From Trypethelium eluteriae (lineage: Eukaryota), in NCBI GenBank assembly GCA_051942245.1, contig JAVECL010000262.1, forward strand, positions 1 to 32,373: a stretch of 32,373 bases of DNA, given 5' to 3'. The position numbers and the translations under genes are program-made. The notes beneath the pieces were generated by a model, which saw only the letters and a list, made by a program, of their open reading frames with translations, did not search any database and was not told the origin of the DNA. Of the stretch, positions 1-11,467 are shown piece after piece; positions within the stretch are counted from its first letter, which is position 1; each line of letters starts with the position of its first letter.

Positions 1-141
1 TATCTAGGTGAGGGCGAAGGGAAATGAACTAATAACTACAGGGCGTAAGGATCTACATGAAGGGATCCGAGCGCGCGTGAGATGTGGTAAACACCACCTC
101 CGAGGCTATGTTGATTGGATCTACTTCATGAACAACATCAG

Positions 142-2641
142 GTCAAAGATCGTGTGGCTCTACTGGGAGACAAAGTGGATTTTAAAGAAGAATTCAATAA
201 GCTTGAAAGCAAAGCAGACGCTCTGTTAGCCAAGAGCGAGCAAAATGCGAAGGAGCTGAAAGACAAGCTCGAACAGGAAGCCAAAGAAAGCAGGAACGAA
301 GCAAAGGCGGATGCTGAGAAGCATAGACTAGAAGCCAGGGAGGACGTTGAGAAGTACAGACTGGAAGAGAAGGCAGAAAGGGATGCTGAGAAAGTAGCGG
401 CAAGGGACGAGAAGTCAAAGAAAGAGCAGAAGGACAAGGAAGCTAACGACGAGTTAAAAGCATGGATGAAGGAGCAAAACAAGGGAATGACGGAGAAGTT
501 TCAAGTAGGATCACTTCCGACCGGCTCAGTACCTATATCTCACAAAAACTGTTCTGCAGGAGTTTGCGAAGCCCACGCCGCGGTTCAAGGCGGATTTGAA
601 CGCCCCATACCTTGACATTCAAAATTGGGACGTCAACAACACTGTCAATGAGTAGGTTTTTGCAAACATAGCAAAGCTGGGCTGACCCGCGTGCTAGTCT
701 CGCCGCGATGGATCCAGAAGATTGGTCTCGGGTGATCAAGATGAACAAGGTGCTGTACGGTTTTGTGGTTGAAAATGATGTGGATGGTCCAAAACTTGTA
801 AAGGCCAGAACTCCAGGTATGAGAGACCAATATACTTGCCTCTGCAAATGCGATTGCTAACTTATGGCCAGCCTTTGTCGTGAAACCAGGACACAGCGAA
901 GCATTTGCTACATTAAAGTCCGCCGTCGCTCCAGCTTCTGAAGGCGAAACGGATGGTTCGCTTTTGGTCCAGAATCCTTCGACCATAAAGACCGCCACCT
1001 CGAAGCCTGGAGGCAAGCTTGCGGACGTGCCTGAGTTTGAGATTAGCGACGCATCGTCGATATCCATTACAGAAGCTACAAACAGCCTACAAAAATCTTT
1101 GGCCGAAGGCGGCTTCTCAGAGTCATCGATCAATTCAGCCATGTAAGCTCCAGTCGTGTACAAACAAGACCCTAGGCTCATTCACTAACTATGTCTACAG
1201 TGGCTACGGAACCTTCAGCGTGTCTGCCGGCATTTGCGCAGGCTTGAAGTCTCGCGATGAAGCGTCTACTACCGAAGTTAGCCAATCGGATCATAAAGAG
1301 TATCACGCCAGCTACAATGTACGCTACCCATCCTGTTCGGTATTTGCCTAATACTGATCGTAATCAAGTTTCCGCGCGTCCGCCTGTTCCTCGATGAGCT
1401 CAGCATGGAACTTTCCGTGCAGTGCAGGGAGGCTTTAGAAAACATCAACGAGAAAAGCACACTTCAGGACCTGAAAAATTTCAGCCTTCGCTTTGGCCAT
1501 GTCTTCGCAACCAGGATCAAGCTCGGGGGCAGACTAAAATGTGCAAAGTTCGCTGACGCAACCTTTGGGTCCAATGATACGGAGAGGAAAGAGGCAATGC
1601 GGGTTGCGATGGGTGCACAATTTGCTGGCCCATCGGCATCTGCCAACCTGAACGCTTCAAACGAGAACCAGAAGGTCGTCACTACCAGCAATGACAAGAA
1701 ATTCTCCTCTTCTTCTTTATCATGGACTGCTTGTGGAGGAGACACACTCCTCTGCGCGAATCCTCCGCTTTGGGCAGCGAGTGTATCCTCACACAAGAAT
1801 TGGAGAGTAATCGAGCAAGACTTTGTGCTTCCACTGCATGAGCTGATCGATAAGTTCGCGAACTTTGGACACACGACAAAGCTTTTTAAACAAGTTGCTG
1901 GACCCAACAAACCTACTGTGGAACATCCCAAGCCAAATCCACTGAGAAAGTGGACGGGAAAGGTCACGCTCTCCATCAATGAGTGCAATCTGGTCTCTGG
2001 GACTGCCGAGGTCGCATCAGCAGACCCTTCTGCATCTCCAATATATCATCCAGAGAACCCTGAAGAACTCTTCCTTGCTCACCGCCAAGCAGAGAGACCG
2101 GCAGCAGCAACTTTTAAGATTTTCAATGGGAATCCGGATGAAGATTTCTTCGGGAAAGCATTGGAAAGCGTGAGGTCTCCGCTGCCAATGCACCTTGCAC
2201 CTCCAGCTCGCTAACATACACTCACAGCTCTCCTACGACAATCCGATTCTCCTTCATCATGGCGAAGAGGACCTCGCCATCAAAGGCAGCCAATGTGCTG
2301 CAGTGTGGGTGGATCCAGAGTCTAACAAACTTATGGCGCAAACCACAGGTCAATACTGGCATCGAAAGTTCTCCCTACGAAGGCCTGCTAAGAAGAACAA
2401 TGGGGACGACAAATGGACGCCAGGCGCCCGAGACAAAATACGCAACGGTGACCTTTGCCACTTGTATTGTCATACCACAGATAGTGGTCCGTACATAAGT
2501 CTGAGCGACCCCCCAGTCACTGGCTCCCGGCTCTTTGTAGACAAGAACAAGGCATTGAGATTCGCGAAGAATAGAAGTACTGAGGTGGAGCTCGTCAACC
2601 AGGGCCTTGAAGTTGCAAATGTCGTCGTTGAGTTCATTTGA
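142..2641 (+). CDS. MACPF (MAC/perforin) domain protein with N-terminal charged coiled coil; 5' end unresolved or outside the window
   Basis: Spliced model: exons ~142-504, 560-651, 698-816, 872-1142, 1201-1318, 1369-2169, 2228-2641. All introns are GT-AG and frame-consistent. The protein contains YHASYNFPRVRLFLD, the MACPF signature-like FGHVFATRIKLGGRL, and WTACGGDTLLCANPPLWAASV..HKNWRVIEQ, typical of fungal MACPF proteins. Confidence 0.85.
271..468 (+). repeat. Coding 11-residue (33-bp) imperfect repeat, E/K/A/R-rich coiled coil
   Basis: EQEAKESRNEA/KADAEKHRLEA/REDVEKYRLEE/KAERDAEKVAA. The DNA copies gctgagaagcatagactagaag and gttgagaagtacagactggaag lie 33 bp apart. Confidence 0.6.
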
Positions 2642-3100
2642 GAACATGTTTAATAAGTGGCATAGATAACTCCGTAGAATTTTGGATTTCGCACCTGCCT
2701 TTCTCAGTACTTTAAATTCGAGACAGCGTTTTCGCTCATAGAGCCGGGAGACCCAGGAAGCTGCTTCGAATTGGCATAAGCGAATTACAATTCCTTATCG
2801 AGAGCTACTACACGCGACCGCTATTGGGGTCTTATTTGCTTGCGCCGGTGTATGAGAGAGAGTGGCCTGGCAGCGGGCAGTCACACAGTTCACCTGGTTA
2901 GCCAATTTCGTCGAACGTACAATATATGCACAACCAGTCACAGCGCTATTGAGCGCCACAGGCCTAGAAAATTGGCATGACGTAGCTAAATAGTGTTCTG
3001 GATGCTGTTCGGCAAGTCTCGACCGTCGGGTGGCACCAACTAAATGCAGTCTTCGGGCATCGTTTAGCTGTGCGGAAGATGATATCCACAGAGCAGACTC

Positions 3101-3114
3101 ATATATATATATAT
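3101..3114. repeat. (AT)n microsatellite upstream of the PLC gene, possibly TATA-like
   Basis: atatatatatatat about 100 bp upstream of the inferred ATG at 3213. Confidence 0.7.
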
Positions 3115-3212
3115 GCAAGAGCTGAGAAATGGTATTCGAAAGGACATCCCAAAGTAATCTTGGAAGGAGAAAATAGCGACTTGTACAAGTATACGTGGTC
3201 TGATCAAAGAAC

Positions 3213-4542
3213 ATGGCCTCCACGACTTCGTAAGTGTGACAACAGGATACAAAGCAGGTATTGGGAAGCTAACATAGGTAGACCGCAATTGAAAAATACG
3301 AACGACGATTTTGAGCGCGAGCATTCGGACCGCTATGACGAGTCAGCACCCTTTGAATATGACCTAGACGACCTCTGGGAAGCCATTACGCATTGCGTCT
3401 CCCCAACAACACCTGTTCCATTCTCCATAGAATCTGGACGGATCTCAAAAGCAGAAAAACAGGCATCAGATGGCCTTGCCATAGAGTCTGAACAGCAAAC
3501 GTCTACCGCCGTGCCCGTACCACATGTCTGCAATGCACTTCATCATAAACATGACGATGTCAAGCTCGTCCCGCCCACGCCAGTTTATGTCGAATTTGAA
3601 GACGACGGGTCAACTGCAAAGAAATACAAAATTACCATTGAGAAAGACAATGAAGGGAACGATGTCATCAGCGATGCGAGAAAGAATCACAACTCGACCT
3701 TTGAAGCCTACAGGAAGCTGTCAGACAAAACCAGTTTCTGGCAGTCCGACGAGGCCGAGTTGCAGAAGATCACCATCTGGCGCGAGAATTTCGGCGAGTT
3801 CGCCGCCCCAGGCATCATTCGCCTCGCGCAACTGAACCTCGATCATTTCGGGGAAGACGCGCACGTGGCGTATAACGCCGGACACTATTGCGCCATGGAA
3901 GCTGCTGCGTCGGGCGACTTGGACTTGGCGTACGGAATGAGTGCGTTTGCGGACCATTACCTGGGCGATTGTTTTGCGGCCGGGCACATCCGCACGCCAA
4001 GACGATTTCTCCATGCGGGGGATATGGGAGGATGGGCTGCGAAAGTGCCGTTCAATGCGGTAATGTTTGCGAAGGATATGTGCTCCAAGGTATGAAACCC
4101 CGTGATATCTTGAATGAGAGGAGTTGAGACTGACAAGATGAAGTATATGCATGATGAAGATAACGCGTTAGGCCTCACGGTGCGGAACCGGAAGGGCGAG
4201 ATCTGGAAGGCGTATGGCGACAAACAGATGTTTGAACCGATCAATGACGACAATCGGCAGCGGCTTGCTAGATGCTTGCAAGCTTCAGCCGATGAAGTTT
4301 TCGCCTGTTACTTGGCACGAAAAATCATAGTTGATGATGCGAATGAATACGCTGCTTGGTATCATGCACCAGTGGTTGATGCTGCGTTAGATGGGCACAA
4401 TCACTCGCCTTTGTTCACGCGAGAGGGCCACATAAGGGCTGAAATTGACAACCCAGGTTGCCGGAAGCATAAACTATCTTGGAAGTGGTGGGCGACCGTT
4501 TACAACGACTTGAGAACCTGTCCGACGTTCAAGAAATACTAG
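3213..4542 (+). CDS. Zn-dependent phosphatidylcholine-hydrolysing phospholipase C (Pseudomonas fluorescens PC-PLC / Legionella Plc-type family)
   Basis: Exons 3213-3229, 3282-4089, 4144-4542; introns gtaagt..ctaac..tag and gtatga..ctgac..aag. Motifs: NLDHFGEDAHVAYNAGH, AFADHYLGDCFAAGHIRTPRR, CSKYMHDEDNALGLTV.N.KGE.WKAYGDK. No N-terminal signal peptide (starts MASTTSPQLKNTNDD). Confidence 0.8.
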
Positions 4543-5531
4543 GTAACGGATATTGTGAGACCTTCTGTGTTTCTAGGTCTTTACTCTACCACAATGTAGT
4601 CTTTCTTGCTTATAACAGGGTCGCCTTCGAAATGGCGTATGCTTTTCTTTCGTAGAGTATTCCTCTTCAATGTGACGCCTTCTCATCAGCTTCTTGACTC
4701 ACTTGTTCCACGATAGCCACAACAGCCTGCGCTCCCCGCACTTTGTGTTAGCTTCATTTCGTCCGTTCTACAATAAATCACCGGTTATGAGCCGCCCATC
4801 TGTCTGATATCTTAGGTCCTGTAGGACGCAAATAAGTCTGTGGGACGAGTCTTGGGAGTTTCGCTTTTGAAGTCGAAACAAGGAAAGTAGTGTGTGGGAT
4901 GAAAGAGGAGAACGGCGAACATGGAATGGAAAGGGTTCAGTGCGGGTGGATATCACATGACCTTTGAGCCCTTCGTCTCCTCCCTTTCTCGACCTGCACT
5001 TATGTAGCTTCATAGGGAAAAAAACACCATCTAGATCCAGGTACACTCCCGTTGAAATCAAGCTATTTGGTACTACCTGACAGTTGTCCGCCTTTGCTGT
5101 ATCCAACCTTGTTTCATCGATTTGCATTACAGCGTGATTAGGACGAGTTCTCTAGTCAAGGCAGCGAGCGTAAGGTAGAGTAAGTAAAGCGAACGTGAAA
5201 TCTCAGAACAGGACCGTTTCGCGCCAGCATCACCCCCATAGTACTTGGCACTTGCTGGGATCCTTTTGTGCATTATCGTGCAGCAAAGTGACCCTGTAGA
5301 GGTACTAACTCTCCAGTAACGTATCCGACGACAATATCAACCAATTGCGGCTGGCGTCTAATCCTGGCAACTACTTGATGTTATTGCATTCCCGCTCGCA
5401 GAATCTCCTAGACCCTCAGACCCCTCTAAAGTAGCCCTTACTCTCTTGCCAACGACCTTGAAAGAGGACTGACATATTTGTGATTGCAATTACCGGAAGA
5501 ATCATCACTTGGCAACCGCAAGGAGCAGATC

Positions 5532-6602
5532 ATGTACAAGCAGCTTGAATCAATGCCGACATCCATTACGGAACTAGCAGTCGAGCATACTCGGGCCCTG
5601 GAACGGGCTGTCTGGAACATTTTTTCCACTGAGTTAGCCGTCGAAACCTATGCTCAAATAGTTGATGGTCGACCAATAAGTCATGTCTACGATGACTATT
5701 GCACAAGCCGCCGTACTGATATCAACGGCTCGGAGCCAAGTCTGGAAGCAAAACAAGTCGTAGAGGCATTCCAAGCGAAGTCTAACCCTAGATTGCTCCA
5801 GATCGACTCGAAGGTATCGGTCCTGCTCCAAGCTGTTCTGGAACATCAGTTGACGATGGTAATGTGTTAGCTTGCCCAAGCCTTTCAAAGCACATCGATT
5901 GGAGAACGTGAATTCAATGTCCGCTTGCTGGAGATTTTAGCGGTCCTTTGCCATGAGATTGCAACGATCCTATCCATCAATGCTGAAGGGGAGCTTCGAC
6001 AGCTTCCTGAGGAGTCACCCTTTCTACCCCAGCCGACGGAACTTTACCATCTATTTTATACGAGCTCCGAGCGATACCCTCAAGGTGTGGCGGATATTGT
6101 AGGTTATTGGGCAGAGTATCGTCTCTTTGGTGGAGTGGTCTTATTCGACCGCGGTGAACTTGGAGTAGAGGTCTGTTCTCTAATGCTTCATTTGTCTATA
6201 AAACCCAAACCTAACTCGTCTTTGCATTGGGCTAGAGATGTTTTTATTCATCCCGTAGGACACTATAAAATCTACCAACTTTCCGACGCACAAATTCAAC
6301 GATGGGCCGTCTCTGTTCTATCGGAAAATTTACAGCCCAAAGAGATCCATGATGGCTTACGGTTCCGATCTGAAAAGTATGCGCGGCGGATCGACCCATA
6401 TGACGCCTTATCTCTCAACATCTATCGCGACAAATATGCAGCAAAAATTCCGGAGCAGAGGCCAAGGAGATGTGTTACGCGGCTGGAAGATGACCCGGAA
6501 ATGATGGACGCGATAGAAGAATTGAATCAGAGTCGCCCGAGCATAGCAGATTTACCTATTACACCACCTCCGTTATTACCGGGAGAATCAGATGACCATT
6601 GA
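5532..6602 (+). CDS. Conserved fungal hypothetical protein (YP.GVAD.VGYWAE..FGGVVLFDRG family)
   Basis: Exons 5532-5813 and 5871-6602 (intron gtatcg..ttag). Contains RLLEILAVLCHEIA and YPQGVADIVGYWAEYRLFGGVVLFDRG, which I recognise from uncharacterised ascomycete proteins. A probable retained intron lies at 6171-6230. Confidence 0.7.
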
Positions 6603-6890
6603 AGCTTATGTGCGCTTCCATAGACAAAACTTTGTACTCTCGTAGATTGGTAGATTTAGTCCGGATCGAATTTGGTAGAGGGATATCAAGGAAATACGAA
6701 AGAAAAGGTAAGATTCCGATTGATGCAAAAAGGATAATCTGGCTGGGCCGGAGACAATTGTTGATAGACGTGACGTTGTGAAGTATCCGAGGTATCGAAA
6801 GATTTTGGTACTGTAATTCTACGAGTACATTACATCGTAGCAATCCCTTCTCCGACTCCCCCCACCAAATCTACGAGATCTTTTTCCGAC

Positions 6891-7913
6891 ATGTCAACAC
6901 CCTTGGGGTACGCGCAATGCTCTCCCATGATCGACAATGACTAAATCTCCCAGAGCTTGCCCCGGATCCGGGCTTGCCTGTTCGATATGGACGGGCTCCT
7001 CATCAATTCCGAGGACCTTTACAGTCTCTGCACCAATATAGTCCTGCAGGAACACGGCAAGCCTGATCTGCCCTGGAGTATCAAGGCGCAACTACAAGGT
7101 CGTCCTGGGCCAGAGGTAAATCACTTCTTTCCATCCTAAGTTTCATCATGATCACGAAGCTCACCACTTCCTCTACTCTGTCCACAGGCAACCCGCATCT
7201 TTCAGGAATGGGCTCAACTTCCCATGGACGACCCGGCATACCGCGCTCGCATCGCAGCCCTCCAGGCTGAACACTTTCCCTCGTGCGAGCCGCTCCCTGG
7301 CGTCCCTGAACTCCTGCGCAATCTGTCCCGAACTTCTACCCCCAAGGTGCATATGGCGCTTGCGACGTCCTCGCACAAGGTGAATTTCGCACTCAAGACG
7401 CAGAAGCTCGAGGAACTATTCAGTGTGTTTGCGAAGGACAGAAGGGTATTGGGTGATGATGAGCGGATACCAAAGGGAAGGGGCAAGCCGGCGCCAGACA
7501 TCTATCTTCTAGCTCTAGAGACAATCAACGAAGGCATCAGAAGGCAGAACCAAAGCGACGGCATGAAGCAGGAGCAGGAGATACGGCCCGATGAGTGCCT
7601 AGTGTTTGAAGACTCGGTGCCGGGTGTGGAGTCGGGGCGAAGGGCAGGAATGCAGGTGGTGTGGTGTCCGCATTCGGGATTACTGCAAGAATATAGAGGA
7701 CGTGAGAAGGAAGTCCTGGCGGGGCTTACAGGGCAGTACCAAGAGGTAGGAGAGGAGAGGACGGAATCGGAGAAGAAGAATGAGGCATTCGGCAAGGTGG
7801 TGGCGACGGGGCAGAGGCTGAAGGGTGCGCCAGGGAACATTGACGATGGATCGGGGAGGTTGTTAGAGAGCTTGGCAGACTTTCCATATGTTGAGTACGG
7901 CATTCAGATATGA
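6891..7913 (+). CDS. HAD-superfamily phosphatase (pseudouridine-5'-phosphatase/HDHD1-like)
   Basis: HAD motif I CLFDMDGLLINSE, plus ALATSS, GRGKPAPDIYL and CLVFEDSVPGVESGRRAGMQVVW. Intron 7116-7187. The short first exon from 6891 is tentative. Confidence 0.9.
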
Positions 7914-9056
7914 TGACCTATCTTGATCATATAGCGCTTAGCACGCTTGGTCTAACTGCTGGAGACAAGTGGATCTGGCAGGTAAGATGGCATAGATTCG
8001 ATTTCGTGGTAGAGCTATGATGCAAGTCCACCATTATATACTTCTAGATGAATGCATAGTCAAAGCTGGTCGAGCTCTAGCACTCTGATTTCCCCTGTTG
8101 TATCTTCGTTGGAATACATTGCCAAATCGCTAAATCGCTAAGTCAATGTGAAGCAGCAAGTGCTCTGGTGCTCGAAGGAAATCTACATTCCAAGCTTCCA
8201 AGTCTTCTGAACCAACATACAACAAACTGAAGTCGAAGCGGCTTGATATACAAAAGATGACCATGCCTACGGCACAGGTAGCGCAGTAAATGCCATGACA
8301 TATTAAACACCACGCTCACCACCAGAAGACACAATCATGAAGCTACATCAGCAGATGTAAAGAAGAAGCAAAGCGAAAGTATCGAGTGTCAGACCTAACA
8401 TGGTGGACTCTAGGTACCGAATCCATCTCTTGCCTATTCGAGTACTTGTATGTCCAATGAGAGTATGACTTCAGAAAGGGATTCATTCCGCAAGGCTGGA
8501 AGCTCAATCCACGCTTCGAAGGTTTATAGATATTTCCTCCATCTAGCACTCATCAAGTTGGGCGCTCAAGCATTCCGCAACAGCCGCGCCTCTCGCCGGT
8601 GCCAAGCAGATGCTCTCCCAAAGAGTGGCCTGCCTGATTTTGTTGTTCGTCTTAGGTCCGCTCACTTCAACTCATGCTCGGACAGCGACCGCTCATTGGC
8701 TGCATGCTCCCGCGCTACTGAATTGCCCGTTGCGACATGGTCTCCAGCTCAACGCATGACTGCAACCAACAATGCGGTGCGAATGCTTTCACGCGGTCAG
8801 CAGGAGGCACTGTGTTGAGGGCGTAGTCCAGAAGCTGGCGGGGTCCTGACCATGGGTGGGGCGTGGGGTAGTTTCGAGTCGTGGTGATGCCGAATTAGAA
8901 GTTTTGGGATATAATATAATAAGCCCATACCTTGGTCCTGCTGCACATTGCACGAATATATTTACGATAGCGAACCTTCGCATCTTTCTACTGATCCAGA
9001 AGAAACCCTGATTTATCTTGAGTCTTTCAGGACTGCCATTGGAATTGCGTTGGGTC

Positions 9057-9404
9057 ATGCTCTCTGTTTCTACTGCCCCGAAGAGGCATTCCCCTGCTGC
9101 TAGAGTACCAAATGTCACGATTAATCAACGGCAGCAGGTGCTAGCTTTTCAGAATGCGCAATCGTCGACTCTCTCCGCAATCCGGGGCTTATTGGTCTTT
9201 ATTCAATATCTCCTTATTACCGGACTTGCATCGGTAGTGCGTGGGCTTCGGTTGCTATGGCAGAAGACTGAGCGAACTCGCGGGCATTACGCGGAGCAAT
9301 TCGTCCGGAATCTGATGAGCCCTTCTGCCATCTTCATCTTCGTCTTCTGGCCTGGCTGGCTTGTGGTTGGCGCTATCTGCCTCGTGTGGAAGATTGTCGG
9401 ATGA
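9057..9404 (+). CDS. Small putative membrane protein (about 115 aa, C-terminal FWPGW TM segment)
   Basis: ATG at 9057. Two hydrophobic segments: LLVFIQYLLITGLASVV and AIFIFVFWPGWLVVGAICLVW. No function recognised. Confidence 0.5.
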   Translation: MLSVSTAPKRHSPAARVPNVTINQRQQVLAFQNAQSSTLSAIRGLLVFIQYLLITGLASVVRGLRLLWQKTERTRGHYAEQFVRNLMSPSAIFIFVFWPGWLVVGAICLVWKIVG

Positions 9405-9644
9405 AGTAATGACGAGTAGCGAACTTTGAAGGGATTCATGTCCTTTCTCGGTACCAGGACTGTGTGGTACGCTCGGATCATAATACTCATAGCCAACTCA
9501 GCCGGTGCTGACAGATTAAGCAGATGTTTATCATGCATAGTTGGGTTCAGCAATGGCTCAGCTGGCCATAGCTGTCCTTGTACTTAAGGGGTCTTCACAT
9601 CTAGCCCCCCTGTGCGCTGTTTCCAACACCAAGAAGAGCTGGAC

Positions 9645-10759
9645 TCATGAACCCAGAAAGTAAGGGTTGCCCTCAGCATCGGTACGCGGCCCCTTGCCGT
9701 ACTCCTTTCCTTCCTCGAATTCCCTCCAAGAACTGGCAGGATAAATATGTTTGTTTTTGGTATACCAGTTTCGGTCGACAACTTTCGTCAAGTTTGGGTC
9801 GTCACTAGCACCTTCGAGCTCGGCATCAGGAACGGTCGTTGATTCCCGTGTCTTCTTTTCTCCGGGACGGAGCAATAAGGCTTGGTAGGAAGGCTCTGCT
9901 GTGGTGGATGCGCGGGATGGAGATGCCGCAGTTGGTTCAGCGGAGAAGTCGAAGAGAGCGCCATAGTAACCTTCCGATTTATTGATGATGAAGTGATAAA
10001 GATCGTAATGCTTGATCATATTAGATACCCAGTATAGAGGTGTTGACGACGCGTTTTTGTGCTTACATGCGGAACGATCATGTCTCCTCTCACAAGCATT
10101 AATTCGTCCATACTCATCCTTGCCCATCCTTTTCGAATAGAGTCTTTCTTTTCAGCACTGTTATCTTGACCGCTGCGTATACCAACCTTGCGAGCCCTGT
10201 CGAGGAACAGTGAAATTTGCTCGCCCTTTTTCATCTTAATGGCTCCACCAGGTTTATTGGCTCCCTCATAGAATACGAACGGGATCACAACTTCTGTCGC
10301 CTTCACGATCTCCTGCACGGCTAAGTATTCTCTGCGCAACTCCTCTCTTATTCTAGCCTCGCGCGCTAGTGCCGATTTTGTCATATTCTTCGGAGCTGGT
10401 CTGCTGCTGGTATTCGGCCAAGGTCGTTTCAAGGACGCGGATGCATCTGCTGGTTCGGAATTAGCAGGCACTGGGTCTGCGATGCTCCCATCAGCGTTGC
10501 TTTCATCGGTGTCGAAGGATAGAAGTGGTTTCGCGGACGGTTTCTTGGGCTTCTTCTTGGGTTGTGGAGTTGTTTCCCTTGTCGAGATATCTGATCCTGA
10601 CTGTGGATCTAAAACTTCTGCGCGGCGTTTGCGAAAATCTTCCAATTTGACAAGGCCCACCGTTTGCGATTTGAGGATATCCTCAGTCGTGGCATTTTGA
10701 GTCTTAAAGCGAGAATCTGCTAGTGAGTTTGATGTCGAAACTCCCCGTACCGGATCCAT
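9645..10759 (-). CDS. xap5: XAP5/FAM50 family nuclear protein
   Basis: Exons 10759-10067 and 10010-9645 (intron gtaagc..aag). Motifs: LKSQTVGLVKLEDFRKRR, IPFVFYEG, GWARMSMDELMLVRGDMIVPHHYDLY, TKVVDRNWYTKNKHIYPASSW. Confidence 0.9.
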
Positions 10760-11467
10760 TTCGTAACGGCAACAGCTATGTACTGTGGAACGCGATGAAT
10801 TGATTTGGGGGCGCGCGCGTCATCAGGGTAGTGCAGAAATTTGGTCGCCGCGGGGAATGCATAGCTCGCCGCCGAACCAGTCTAAAGAGCCAGAACTGGA
10901 CAGGCTCATTGACATGAGAAAGAACAGAACTTGGAGTGCATTCGGCTCAAGATGGAATTCTTGTGCTTGATACTGTTACCGGGCAGTAGCATTCGTTGCA
11001 AATGAATCCCGCATCTTGCTCGCCGTACACTCAAAAAAACAATCAACCCTTGCGATAGCCTTAAACTAACCTACCTAGGTAGGCATGCTAGGCAGCAGCC
11101 TGTGCGGCGTGAGTCAATCTTGTTCTTCCACGTCGTTCCGAATGTGATGGCCTCAAAAGCAACCAGAGCTTTAATGAGACCCTCACAGTCACCGCACCCC
11201 GGGAAAGCTCAAGCAAACAGTAGCAAGAACGCAATCAAAAGGCTTACATGAAACCTATCTCGCAATCGCATGGATCAGGGAGTTCCTGGCTATTCAGTGA
11301 CGCAACATCTCTTTGGAAGTTGAACTGTGGATTGACATTACGACGATACAACTTGTGTATCGACGTAATTTGGCTAGTGTACGGATAGCTACGTTGACGA
11401 ACGAAGGCTTGAAGCACAGTATCTGTCACTTTACACTTCGAGCCAGAGTGTGCTCTACAAAATCAGC

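Noticed and set aside
1..141. Upstream micro-exons of the MACPF gene and ORF 8..229
   Set aside because: Several intron-like signals are present, but I could not build a frame-consistent splice model. Left unresolved.
138..1988. Minus-strand ORFs 138-482, 645-1181, 1464-1988
   Set aside because: Antisense shadows of the MACPF coding exons.
2795..3212. ORF 2795..3223 (-) and the GTG-start extension 3070-3212 of the PLC ORF
   Set aside because: Both run through an (AT)n microsatellite. ATG 3213 with a canonical intron gives a better model.
4768..5127. 119-aa minus-strand ORF between the PLC and the hypothetical gene
   Set aside because: No recognisable motif or supporting splice structure. 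It cannot be excluded as a small gene.
8143..9000. Short ORFs between the HAD gene and the small membrane protein
   Set aside because: No motifs and composition looks non-coding.
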